Source: Candidatus Omnitrophota bacterium (GTDB lineage Bacteria; Omnitrophota; Gorgyraeia; Aquiviventales; Aquiviventaceae). Taken from it: a stretch of DNA of 43,471 bases. Numbering within the stretch: the first letter of the stretch is position 1; every line of letters begins with the position of its first letter. Positions 8,138 to 16,602 of this stretch are shown piece by piece. The stretch lies in NCBI GenBank assembly GCA_020057015.1, contig JAGVGS010000107.1, forward strand, positions 1-43,471, given 5' to 3'. A program made the position numbers and the translations under genes. The notes beneath the pieces were generated by a model. That model was not told the origin of the DNA and ran no database searches. It saw only the letters and a list, made by a program, of their open reading frames with translations.

Positions 8138-8151
8138 ACTGTCCCTGCTTT
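8138..8151 (+). repeat. Distal remnant of palindromic element copy 1, including the putative target duplication
   Basis: ACTGT followed by CCCTGCTTT completes the right arm AAATTAGTGACTGTCCCTGCTTT. That arm is the exact reverse complement of 6999-7021. Confidence 0.7.
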
Positions 8152-8154
8152 TGT

Positions 8155-8184
8155 TTGACGAGACGTGCAGCCGTTAGGTATACT
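8155..8184 (+). promoter_or_regulatory. Sigma70-like promoter
   Basis: TTGACG (8155-8160), an 18-nt spacer, then TATACT (8179-8184). The same -35/N18/-10 TAnnCT layout recurs upstream of the other two GEMM-I-like leaders. Confidence 0.45.
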
Positions 8185-8204
8185 TTATCTGTAATCTGTA
8201 GCTC

Positions 8205-8311
8205 TCGAGAAAGCCACACCCGTCGTAAGGCGGGGCCGGAAAGCCACGGGTCCTTGACGGATCGCCGGGTTGCCGAAGGGCGGAACCTCAGGATCGCCGG
8301 GTTGCCGAAGG
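8205..8311 (+). promoter_or_regulatory. GEMM-I-like (cyclic-dinucleotide riboswitch-like) leader, divergent 5' half
   Basis: The leader reads GAGAAAGCC, ACA, CCCGUC-GUAA-GGCGGG (a GNRA-capped hairpin), GCCGGAAAGCC, ACGGGUCCUUGACGGAUCGCCGGGUUGCC. The 3' half closely parallels the clear riboswitch at 19651-19692. The GGCAAAC and GACGCAAAGCC junctions are altered. The 21-nt 3' strand GGATCGCCGGGTTGCCGAAGG is present twice, at 8259-8279 and 8291-8311. Confidence 0.5.
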
Positions 8312-8375
8312 AGATAGCGGAGCCTTTCGGAATCCGGCGTTTGTGTTTATACTAGCAGCACATCACAGTGTGTAT

Positions 8376-9182
8376 ATGAGGGTTCATCATCAGATGCTCC
8401 GACAGCAGAAAGTATTCGCCTATCGCATCCGCGGGCGATCGGGATTGAGCCTTGTGGAAATAATGGTCTCGCTCTTCGTAATCCTGGTTACGGCGGAGGC
8501 AGGATATTTGAGCGTCATCCAGTCACTCAGGTATATGGACGTCAATCGCGACGTCCGGCACGCCTACATTGATCTTCAAGCCGTCCTCGAACGCATTCAG
8601 GCCACTCCCCCAACCCAGATTTTTGAAGTCTTCCAGCATAACCAATTGGTGAATGGGACGCTGATTGGAGGCATCACCTTGACCGGGGAGCAGCTTACAG
8701 TGACCTACCTGCCCGGGCAGGTCATGAATGTCGTGAACGCCGGCAACAATACGATCCGATTTACCTATGGTGCGGGAAATGGAACGTACAACGTGAGTGC
8801 TGTGTCGCTGGAGCTCAGAGACGGTAATATGCTCGACAGCAATATTGTCGCCACCTCCACTCCCGTAGCAGGGGCGGGTGGTGCGGTCAATAATGCAGGG
8901 CCAGGTCAGACCTTTACCGTGGGCTTTGCGGCGATACCGGCCGCTGCGCGGAGCGTGTGGTTGAGCGTCACGCTTCAGAATGTCGATGGGGCGGGTGAAG
9001 TGGACGTGTTTGTCAACAATCGCGGACCGTATGCTCCAGGCCCAGCATTCTACGTGGCGGGGGCGTGGACCGGAATGATCTATCTACCCGATGTAACGCC
9101 GCTACATGTCGAGGTCATGAATGCGTGGCAGACCCGAGGGCATGCCATGGGGCGAACGCTCAACGGAATCAAGCTCTGGTAG
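8376..9182 (+). CDS. Prepilin-type (type IV pilin/pseudopilin-like) protein
   Basis: Class III signal RGRSG/LSLVEIMVSLFVILV, with Gly at -1 and Glu at +5. The start is uncertain: GTG 8343, ATG 8376 or ATG 8394. The remainder is a beta-rich domain without recognisable motifs. Confidence 0.7.
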   Translation: MRVHHQMLRQQKVFAYRIRGRSGLSLVEIMVSLFVILVTAEAGYLSVIQSLRYMDVNRDVRHAYIDLQAVLERIQATPPTQIFEVFQHNQLVNGTLIGGITLTGEQLTVTYLPGQVMNVVNAGNNTIRFTYGAGNGTYNVSAVSLELRDGNMLDSNIVATSTPVAGAGGAVNNAGPGQTFTVGFAAIPAAARSVWLSVTLQNVDGAGEVDVFVNNRGPYAPGPAFYVAGAWTGMIYLPDVTPLHVEVMNAWQTRGHAMGRTLNGIKLW

Positions 9183-9193
9183 CGGGGTAAAAC

Positions 9194-10222
9194 ATGCTAA
9201 CAAGACGATCGGACAAGGGTTTCACGCTCATTGAAGTGTTGGCGGCGGGCGGCCTTTTTGCCGTCGTGGCGGGTGCCGCAGGCCTGATGGTGATGGGGGC
9301 CACCGCGACGTGGACCAGGACAGCCGCCGTCCTCGAGCAGGATGGCAAGGCAACCCTGGCGATGGAAGGCATTCGCACCGCCCTGCGAGGCAGTCAACCG
9401 GCGGGTATCGATACCCCCAACCCAGGATTTGACCGTATTCGGTTCATCAGGGGTACTCAGTTTGACCCGATTTCAGGGCAGGTGGCGCGGAATGACGTGC
9501 GGCAGATCAGGGTGGTGGATATTAATGCTGCTGGGGTGGGGCGACTGGTGCTCCAAAATCAGGATGAGACAACAACGTTCCGGACGCTGACACGGGATGT
9601 CACTCTCTTTACGGTGGTGGACTCGGCAATCAATAACACGCTCGCCCCGAATGAGGTGGATGTCACAATCGGCCTGGCAGTCCGAGGGTCTGGAAGGCCC
9701 TCCCTGCAGACCTCGGTGATTTCGACGCGAGGGCTTGGGAACGCCCAGTTAATAGAAGCCGAGAGCGGCGCGCCAGCCGGCGGTGCCTGGACCCCAAACA
9801 ACATCGACTTTACAGCACCAGCATCTTCAATCCCGACGGATGCAAGCGGAAACTTGTTCATTGAAGTAACCCCTTCAGGAAACACCCAGCGGACTCTAAC
9901 ATATTCCTTCAACATTGCTGTAGCTGGCGAGTATCGCATGTCGTGGAGGATCCGGTGGAACTGGAAGGTCGCATGGAATATATGGGTACATCCATATATA
10001 CGGGATTCTTACACGTGGAGAATCGATGGAGGTGTCGACAGGGCTATGAGTCATGCGTTCTTTCCTGATTGGCGCTGGGTCGAAGTCGATACAATACCTT
10101 TGACCGCCGGCTTGCATACATTGGTGATCACGTGGCCAAAGGATCCTTTAAAACCGCGGAATTATGAGGCTTTGGATGCGATCTTTTTCACTACCGAGTC
10201 AGGGGACCCGCCAGCATTGTAA
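9194..10222 (+). CDS. Prepilin-type N-terminal cleavage/methylation domain protein with large C-terminal domain
   Basis: Canonical motif SDKGFTLIEVLAAGGLFAVV. The Trp-rich C-terminal ~130 aa begins AQLIEAESGAP, loosely reminiscent of CBM6/35-type modules (low confidence). Confidence 0.85.
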   Translation: MLTRRSDKGFTLIEVLAAGGLFAVVAGAAGLMVMGATATWTRTAAVLEQDGKATLAMEGIRTALRGSQPAGIDTPNPGFDRIRFIRGTQFDPISGQVARNDVRQIRVVDINAAGVGRLVLQNQDETTTFRTLTRDVTLFTVVDSAINNTLAPNEVDVTIGLAVRGSGRPSLQTSVISTRGLGNAQLIEAESGAPAGGAWTPNNIDFTAPASSIPTDASGNLFIEVTPSGNTQRTLTYSFNIAVAGEYRMSWRIRWNWKVAWNIWVHPYIRDSYTWRIDGGVDRAMSHAFFPDWRWVEVDTIPLTAGLHTLVITWPKDPLKPRNYEALDAIFFTTESGDPPAL

Positions 10223-10239
10223 GGAAGGAGGCGAACGCG

Positions 10240-11433
10240 ATGTTCATGCTCTTATGCCGAAGGCGAAGCGAATCGGCCAGGCGCGGATCAGCGCTGCTGG
10301 GGACCTTGCTGTTGATGTCCACTTTTGTGCTGATTACCGGCTCCACGATTACCATGGCGCTCAATCACGCTGTGCTCACGCAACACTTTGTGGGCATGGC
10401 ACAGGCGTTTTGGAACGCGGAAGCCGGCGCTGCCGAAGGCGTGAGCTGGCTGCTGCGCGCCAACCCGCTGCCAGGGGGAACCGTGATCCTGGGGCAAGGT
10501 TCGAATCCTCCATTTCTTGCCCCAGGTCCTGCTAACGCTGCTAACGAGGTGCAGGTAACTTCCCAGGCTGGCACCGTACAAGGCACCTTCCGCGTAACGG
10601 TAACGCGTGGGGTGGGGTTCGTCTACACCATTGCGAGTAGGGGGACCAGTGCTGCTGAAGGCATCCAACGTACCGTAAGTCGGACTGTTCGGATCACCGC
10701 GCCAATCGTGTGGGAGAGGGAGTTTGATCTCACTATTGGAACTCCAAATACTATTCCGGCACAGGGAACCACGCCGGACTACACGTATTGGGGATGGAAG
10801 TTTGGTCAAGGCGTTTCTCCCACGTTGTACTGGTGGAACGGCGAGTTTGTTGGAGCGTTTGCGGCGATTTCGAGGGCGCTGTTTATCCGTTTGAATGACC
10901 CCATCGCGGGCGGAGACTTTAGCGTTGACCTTTGGGCCGCGTATACGCCTTGTAGACCCGGAGAAGGTAATGGTGATCAGTCACAGTGCGGTACTCCTGC
11001 GGGGAACCCCGGGCACCATACGGAGCGCATGAGCGTATACATCAGCGGCATCCAATATGACATCATGGATCCAGAGCGCGGCCAACAGGAAGGTATGATG
11101 TGGTACAAAAATATGGGCAGTTGCGCCGGAACCATTGATTGCGGTGAGGGAAATCTTGCTGTTCCCGGTGCTCAAGCGGTCCCAATCTACCTGGATCAAC
11201 GGAACAACACGACCACTTTGAATGCAGCCCTTGGCGATAATCTCGACGGAGTCGCGGGCGCGGATGATATCCGAGGCAACATCGTCATTGTGCCGTGGGA
11301 TGCCTGGAATCCACTGGCTTGGAACAACCCATTCAACTTCACAGCAGGCAGCGAGAGCATCAACAATGTGCGTGTGCGGAAAGTCGATAAAACAGGGCGC
11401 ACCGTAGAGCTCCTCGGCTGGAATGCTGAGTAA
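10240..11433 (+). CDS. PilX-like minor pilin/pseudopilin-like protein
   Basis: RBS AAGGAAGGAGG lies upstream of ATG 10240. The N-terminus RRGSALLGTLLLMSTFVLITGSTITMAL resembles the PilX N-terminal domain. The C-terminal region is large, with 6 Cys. Confidence 0.65.
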   Translation: MFMLLCRRRSESARRGSALLGTLLLMSTFVLITGSTITMALNHAVLTQHFVGMAQAFWNAEAGAAEGVSWLLRANPLPGGTVILGQGSNPPFLAPGPANAANEVQVTSQAGTVQGTFRVTVTRGVGFVYTIASRGTSAAEGIQRTVSRTVRITAPIVWEREFDLTIGTPNTIPAQGTTPDYTYWGWKFGQGVSPTLYWWNGEFVGAFAAISRALFIRLNDPIAGGDFSVDLWAAYTPCRPGEGNGDQSQCGTPAGNPGHHTERMSVYISGIQYDIMDPERGQQEGMMWYKNMGSCAGTIDCGEGNLAVPGAQAVPIYLDQRNNTTTLNAALGDNLDGVAGADDIRGNIVIVPWDAWNPLAWNNPFNFTAGSESINNVRVRKVDKTGRTVELLGWNAE

Positions 11434-11475
11434 CTGAAACCCGCGGTTGGCAGTGCAGGACAAAGATATTTTTAT

Positions 11476-11550
11476 AAAGCGGGGACAGTCACTAATTTCT
11501 GTTGTGCCGACTAGGGTCCAGGGCACAAATTAGTGACTGTCCCCGTTTTT
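11476..11550 (+). repeat. Palindromic ~75-bp element, copy 2 (intact; bidirectional terminator-like)
   Basis: The 23-nt arms AAAGCGGGGACAGTCACTAATTT (11476-11498) and AAATTAGTGACTGTCCCCGTTTT (11527-11549) are complementary apart from one G:T position. An inner stem TTGTGCC/GGCACAA extends the hairpin. A T-run follows and an A-run precedes. Confidence 0.85.
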
Positions 11551-11571
11551 GTTGCTATTCTTAAGGGTAAC

Positions 11572-13098
11572 ATGTGCTGCCTGAAACGCTTGCCGACTCT
11601 ATTCTTGGTAGCAAGCCCTCTATCGTTCCTCTTAGCGCCTTCGCTGGCATGGGCCGCTGCGGCCGAAGGCAGTGAGACCCTCAAGTGGCTGGTGATCGGC
11701 CTCGTGGTCGTGGCCACCCTCGTCATCGGCCAATTGATTTACGGGTTCTCCCAAAAGGATAAGGCGATCAAGGCTAAGGCCGAGACGCCTGAGGCCCCCG
11801 CCGCGCCGACCCCGGCCATCTACCACCCGAAAGCCGTGGTGCCCTCCATTCTTGATCAGCTGGCGCAAGCCGGTGTCAACCCCAAGCAGCGCGAGCAGCT
11901 GGCCCAGTCGCTTTCGACCATTGTGACCAAGACCGTCGACGCGCAGGTGGATGCCGTCAAGCAAGAGGTCAAGAAGCACTACGACCAAGTCTTGGAGGAG
12001 AAGCAGTGGGCCGAGCGCGCGCTGCAGCGCAAGTATCAAGAGGCGCTGATTGACCGCAACCAGACCGCGCAGGTGCTCGAGAGTATTGCCGAAGGCCTAG
12101 TGGTGGTGAACAACAAGGGCGAAGTGGTGATGATGAATCCGGCCGCCGAGAAACTGCTGGCGGTGCGGCAGGCCGAGCGCGTGGGCAAGCCGCTGGTCGA
12201 ATCGCTCGATGACGATCAGATCATCTCGCTGGTGCAGGGCTCGACCGAGGGCCGCGAGATCGTGGTCAATACGAAGCAAGAGAGCACCAAGCGCGTGCTG
12301 CGCGCGAGCAACGCCGTGGTCACCGATCAGGATGGCCGGGCCGTGGGCATGGTGGCGGTGCTGCATGACGTGACGAAGCAGAAGGAAGTGGAGGATCTCA
12401 AATCCGAGTTCGTCTCCAAGGTCAGCCACGAGCTGCGCACCCCGCTCATGGCGATCCAGTACGCGCTCTCGCTGCTGGATGATCAGATGGCCGGCAGCAT
12501 GTCTGAGGACGCGCAGGCCTTCGTGTCCCTGACCCGTCGTAATCTGGAGCGGCTCAACTTGCTGGTGAGCGACCTGCTCGATCTTTCCAAGCTCGAGGCC
12601 AAGAAGATGGAGCTGCGGCTGGAGCTGATCGCGCTCGGCCCGATTCTGCAGACCGTGTGCGATACGATGGACGCGTGGGCCAAGAGCAAGCAGATCACGC
12701 TGGTGCGGCGCGTGGTGGAAGAGGTGCCCATGATGCGCCTGGATGCGTCGCGCCTGATTCAGGTGCTCACCAACCTGGTGGGCAACGCCATCAAATTCAC
12801 GCCGGAAAAGGGCAAGATCACCGTCGAGGGCAAGCTGGCGGCGGATCAGCAGCACGTGGAAGTGAGCGTCATCGACACCGGGGTGGGGATTGCCCCCGAG
12901 GATCTGCCCAAACTGTTCAACAAGTTTCAGCAAGTGGGCGAGCGCACCGCCAGCGACATGAGCGGCACGGGGTTAGGGCTCGTGATCGCCAAGGAGATCG
13001 TCGAGCTGCACCAGGGCCGGATCTGGGTGGAGAGCGATGGCAAGCGGGGCGCGCGGTTTGTGTTTACCCTGCCGCTGCACGCGGCGGCCGCGGCGTGA
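11572..13098 (+). CDS. Membrane-bound PAS-domain sensor histidine kinase
   Basis: ATG 11572 is chosen because the track start GTG 11533 lies inside the repeat. It has a signal/TM segment, a coiled-coil and a PAS-like region (ESIAEGLVVVNNKGEVVMMNPAAEKLL). H-box is FVSKVSHELRTPL, N-box LVGNAIKFT, G-boxes DTGVGI and GTGLGLVIAKEIVELHQGRIWVES. Confidence 0.9.
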   Translation: MCCLKRLPTLFLVASPLSFLLAPSLAWAAAAEGSETLKWLVIGLVVVATLVIGQLIYGFSQKDKAIKAKAETPEAPAAPTPAIYHPKAVVPSILDQLAQAGVNPKQREQLAQSLSTIVTKTVDAQVDAVKQEVKKHYDQVLEEKQWAERALQRKYQEALIDRNQTAQVLESIAEGLVVVNNKGEVVMMNPAAEKLLAVRQAERVGKPLVESLDDDQIISLVQGSTEGREIVVNTKQESTKRVLRASNAVVTDQDGRAVGMVAVLHDVTKQKEVEDLKSEFVSKVSHELRTPLMAIQYALSLLDDQMAGSMSEDAQAFVSLTRRNLERLNLLVSDLLDLSKLEAKKMELRLELIALGPILQTVCDTMDAWAKSKQITLVRRVVEEVPMMRLDASRLIQVLTNLVGNAIKFTPEKGKITVEGKLAADQQHVEVSVIDTGVGIAPEDLPKLFNKFQQVGERTASDMSGTGLGLVIAKEIVELHQGRIWVESDGKRGARFVFTLPLHAAAAA

Positions 13099-14135
13099 TG
13101 GTGCGCATCAGCCAACTGGTCAAGCCCACGGCCGAGCCGATCGAGCCACCCCCCGCTCTTGTGCAGACCCCTGAGCCCAGGAGCCCCAGCGGAGCGCCTG
13201 TGGCGGTCCCCCTGCGAGTGGCCGGACTCCCGCGCGCGCAGCCAGGCGTGCACAGCGAGGAGGCCCAGCAGCTCTATGAGGCGCTGATGAAGGAATGCGC
13301 CCGCGTGTTTGACGAGGCGCGCAGCGAGCAGCCGATTACGCTGCAAGCGCTGCCCGCGCTGGCCAACGCGCTGGTGGCCCAGGTGCGGGGTGGGAATGAG
13401 CGCCTCAGTCGCTTGAGCAGCGCGGTGGCCGGTGGCTTTGCGCTGCCGCGGCATGCGGTCAACGTGGCGGTGCTGGCCTGCCGGGTCGGGTCGGTGCTGG
13501 GGCTCTCTGAGCTGCAATTGCAGGAAGTGGCCCTCGCCGCGCTGCTGCATGATATCGGCATCATCGGCATGGAGCATCTGGTGCACCTGCCCGCGCATTT
13601 GACGCCGGAGCAGCGCACCCGCGTGCGCGAGCATCCGCTCTTAGCCCACCGGCTGTTGCAGCGCACCCAGGCGATTTCTCCCCTAGTCTGCGAGCTGATC
13701 TTGCAGCAGCACGAGCGGGAAGATGGCAGCGGCTACCCGCGGCAGCTGGCCGGGGCAGAGATTCAAGAGCCGGCGCAATTGCTCGGCTTGGCCCAGGTCT
13801 TTGAAGCGCTCACGCACGATCGGCCGTATCGCGGACACTTGCCGCCGGCTGAGGCGCTGCGCACGCTGGTGCAGGATCAGCGCGCGGGGTTTCGCGACCG
13901 GCTGCTCAAAGGGCTGCTGCAGACGATTCCGGTATATCCGGTGGAAAGCTGGGTACGCCTGAGCACCGGGGAATTGGCCCAGGTGGTGGCGGAGATGCCC
14001 CACCACCCGCTGTCGCCGACCGTGGCCGTGCGCTTTGACCCGCAAGGCCAGCCGCTCGGCCCTGTGCGCACGGTGGCTCTGGCGCGCGATCGCAGTCTCT
14101 CGATCCTGCGCGCGGTGCCTGCTCCGGCGGCCTGA
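13098..14135 (+). CDS. HD-GYP domain protein (cyclic-dinucleotide phosphodiesterase family)
   Basis: ATG 13098 overlaps the kinase stop (TGATG). Motifs are ALLHDIGII, HPLLAHRLL and QQHEREDGSGYPRQL. The track's longer ORF from 12657 overlaps the kinase gene out of frame. Confidence 0.9.
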   Translation: MVRISQLVKPTAEPIEPPPALVQTPEPRSPSGAPVAVPLRVAGLPRAQPGVHSEEAQQLYEALMKECARVFDEARSEQPITLQALPALANALVAQVRGGNERLSRLSSAVAGGFALPRHAVNVAVLACRVGSVLGLSELQLQEVALAALLHDIGIIGMEHLVHLPAHLTPEQRTRVREHPLLAHRLLQRTQAISPLVCELILQQHEREDGSGYPRQLAGAEIQEPAQLLGLAQVFEALTHDRPYRGHLPPAEALRTLVQDQRAGFRDRLLKGLLQTIPVYPVESWVRLSTGELAQVVAEMPHHPLSPTVAVRFDPQGQPLGPVRTVALARDRSLSILRAVPAPAA

Positions 14136-14137
14136 GG

Positions 14138-14947
14138 ATGTACGCCTCGTATTGGGGCCTGCGTGAAAAGCCCTTCGAGAACACGCCAGACCCGCGCTTT
14201 TTTTACGCCTCCCAGCAGCATCGCGAAGCCGAAGCGCGCATGCTGTACTGCATCCGCGAGCGCAAAGGGGCCGGCCTGCTCACCGGGGTGTTTGGCTGCG
14301 GCAAGACCGTGGTAGGGCAGGTGGTGCTCAAGGAGCTCAACCAGGAGCGCTATCGCACCGCGGTGCTCACCAACCCCCGCCTGAATGACCTCGATTTGCT
14401 GCGGCTGATCGCGCACTACCTGGGGGCCTCGCCGCTGGCCGCCACCAAGGCCGACGTGCTGATCCAGCTCGAGATGATCCTGACGGAGAACGCCAAGGAA
14501 GGGCGCGATAGCGTGGTGCTGATTGACGAGGCGCACACGATTCAAAGCCCCGAGGTGTTCGAAGAGCTGCGCCTGCTGCTCAATTGCCAGTGGCAGCAGC
14601 GCTTTCTGCTCACCCTCCTGCTGTTCGGCCAGCCAGAGCTGGCGCGCAACATCGACCAGAACAAGCCCTTGGAGCAGCGCATCGGCGTGAAGGCCTCGCT
14701 CGGGCCCATGAGTTTTGAGGAAACCAGCGCCTATGTGGTGCATCGGCTGCGCGTGGCCGGGCACGAGGAGCCAGGCGGCGTGTTTTCCTACGAGGCGCTG
14801 CGCGTGGTGCACGACTCCACCGGCGGCATCCCCCGGCGGGTCAACCGGCTGTGCGACATGCTGCTGCTGGCCGGCATGGGGGCCCGTACCGCCCGCATCG
14901 AGCCGCCGCTGGTGCAGGAAGAAGTGGCTGGGCTGCAGACGGCATGA
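14138..14947 (+). CDS. ExeA/GspA/MshM-like AAA ATPase (AAA_22)
   Basis: N-terminal YWGLREKPFENTPDPRFFYASQQHREAEARMLY. Walker A is GVFGCGKT and Walker B VVLIDEAH. No peptidoglycan-binding extension is present. Confidence 0.8.
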   Translation: MYASYWGLREKPFENTPDPRFFYASQQHREAEARMLYCIRERKGAGLLTGVFGCGKTVVGQVVLKELNQERYRTAVLTNPRLNDLDLLRLIAHYLGASPLAATKADVLIQLEMILTENAKEGRDSVVLIDEAHTIQSPEVFEELRLLLNCQWQQRFLLTLLLFGQPELARNIDQNKPLEQRIGVKASLGPMSFEETSAYVVHRLRVAGHEEPGGVFSYEALRVVHDSTGGIPRRVNRLCDMLLLAGMGARTARIEPPLVQEEVAGLQTA

Positions 14948-15762
14948 ACTATACCGCGCACTGGGGCTTAAGCGCCCTGCCGTTTGAGAACACGCCGGAC
15001 CCGCGCTTTCTCTACCAATCAGCTCAGCACGAGGAAGGCCTTGCGCGCTTGCGCTATGTCGTGGAGGGGGCGAAAGGGGCAGCGGTGCTCACGGGTGTCT
15101 TTGGCTGCGGTAAGACGCTGCTCGCGCGCTCGCTGCTGAGCAGCCTCTCGTCCAGCCGCTATCGCATGGCGTATCTCGCCAACCCCATGATGTCCGAGGT
15201 AGAGCTGCTGCATGGCATTGCGCACAAGCTCAACGTGCCGGATCTGCCCCCGCGCCGCTCGGATGTGCTGGTGGATGCGCTGCTGGATGGCATCGAGCAC
15301 GCGCTGCGGGAGAATCAGCGCGACGGCAAGCAGACCCTGGTCATCGTCGATGAGGCGCATGTGATTCGGGAAGAGCGGGTCTTCGATGAGCTGCGGCTGC
15401 TGTTGAATTTTCAGGATGACGACCGCTTTTTACTGACGCTGATCCTCATGGGCCAACCGGAGCTGAAGGAGATTATCGACCGGCACAAACCGCTGGCGCA
15501 GCGTATCTGCATGGGGTATCATCTGATTGCCTTCACCGAAACCGAGACCGGTGGCTACCTGCAGCATCGGCTGCAAGTGGCCGGGGCCAGCCGGACGCTG
15601 TTTGATCCCGGTGCGGTGCAGGCGGTGCAGGAACTGAGCGGCGGCATCCCGCGGCGCATCAACCAGATCGCCGACTTGGCGCTGCTCACCGGCATGGGCC
15701 GGCAAGCAAGCCACATCGATGCCGCGATCGTGCAAGAGGCCGCGGCCAGCGTCGGAGTGTAA
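14944..15762 (+). CDS. ExeA/GspA/MshM-like AAA ATPase, tandem paralogue
   Basis: ATG 14944 overlaps the upstream stop (ATGA). Motifs are HWGLSALPFENTPDPRFLYQSAQHEEGLARLRY, GVFGCGKT and LVIVDEAH. Confidence 0.8.
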   Translation: MNYTAHWGLSALPFENTPDPRFLYQSAQHEEGLARLRYVVEGAKGAAVLTGVFGCGKTLLARSLLSSLSSSRYRMAYLANPMMSEVELLHGIAHKLNVPDLPPRRSDVLVDALLDGIEHALRENQRDGKQTLVIVDEAHVIREERVFDELRLLLNFQDDDRFLLTLILMGQPELKEIIDRHKPLAQRICMGYHLIAFTETETGGYLQHRLQVAGASRTLFDPGAVQAVQELSGGIPRRINQIADLALLTGMGRQASHIDAAIVQEAAASVGV

Positions 15763-16580
15763 TGAGAACCGGAGTGTCCCAGCGGTGGTCACTGACGCAG
15801 CGCGTCTCATGGGGCGCGGCTGTGTTGTTGACCGCGCTTCTCGTCTCGCTTTTCGCCCTCAGCCGCTTGACCGCGCAAGCCATGCTCCAGGTGCGCCAGG
15901 CCGGGCAAGCCGTGGACACTTTGGCCCAGGCGCGCGAGCTGCACGCGCCGCTGACGCGCCTCTTGGCCTATGCGCAACTCGTCTACCAGGGCGACCGCAC
16001 ATTTCACGAGGCCCTCACGCAGCAGATCCAGCTCGTGGAGCAGGGCTTCACCCAGCTTGAGCAACAAGTGGCCGTGATGGCGCCGGCGCAGTGGTCGCTG
16101 TTGAAACAAGCCCAGGCCGACTGGGTGGATACCCGCGCTGCCCTGCAAGAACTCTTACCTGCCAATGACCTTGCGATGGAGCGCCGCTTGAACTTGCGTG
16201 AAGCGTTGCGCAGCCGCTCGAGCAGCCTGCAGCGCGCCCTGGAAGGCTTAGAGCGGGAATCCCAGGCGCAGCGCGTGACATTGACGGCGAGGGCCTCGCG
16301 CTGGTCCGGCTGGGTGGACCGCGCCGCCGCGCTCTTGATGGTCTGCTGGTTGATGGCTGGCCTGGCGCTGTGGTGGGTCTTCAGCCGGCGCCTATTGGGC
16401 CCGTTGGAGCAAGTAGCGGCTGCGGCCCAGGCCCTGGCACAGGGCGATTTGAGCTTCCGGATGCAGCGGCGCGCCGGCGAGGGCGCAGAGCCCCTGGTGG
16501 CGTCGTTTAATGCCATGGCCGAAAGCTTGCAGCGTTCACAGGAGCGATTGACCCCGCCGCGAGAAGTCGTGCGATCGTAG
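15762..16580 (+). CDS. Two-TM sensor-like protein with HAMP domain and no output domain
   Basis: The start overlaps the upstream stop (TAATG). TM1 is AAVLLTALLVSLFAL, followed by a ~150-aa helical loop and TM2 LLMVCWLMAGLALWWVF. The HAMP-like segment is RRLLGPLEQVAAAAQALAQGDLSFR..LVASFNAMAESLQRS. Confidence 0.65.
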   Translation: MRTGVSQRWSLTQRVSWGAAVLLTALLVSLFALSRLTAQAMLQVRQAGQAVDTLAQARELHAPLTRLLAYAQLVYQGDRTFHEALTQQIQLVEQGFTQLEQQVAVMAPAQWSLLKQAQADWVDTRAALQELLPANDLAMERRLNLREALRSRSSSLQRALEGLERESQAQRVTLTARASRWSGWVDRAAALLMVCWLMAGLALWWVFSRRLLGPLEQVAAAAQALAQGDLSFRMQRRAGEGAEPLVASFNAMAESLQRSQERLTPPREVVRS

Positions 16581-16602
16581 CCACCGCGGCCTTTTATTTT
16601 GC

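Noticed and set aside
12657-13097. N-terminal 147-aa extension of the HD-GYP ORF as drawn in the track (12657..14135).
   Set aside because: The extension overlaps the histidine-kinase HATPase coding region in another frame and is Arg/Gly-rich. ATG 13098 overlaps the kinase stop, and the HD-GYP protein is complete from there.
13877-14812. Minus-strand 311-aa ORF, and other minus-strand ORFs across 12.1-18.3 kb (e.g. 12097..12933, 12927..13634, 16975..17583, 17583..18299).
   Set aside because: All are antisense to plus-strand genes with clear HK, HD-GYP and ExeA motifs and coupled start/stop junctions. Their composition is typical of GC-rich antisense frames.
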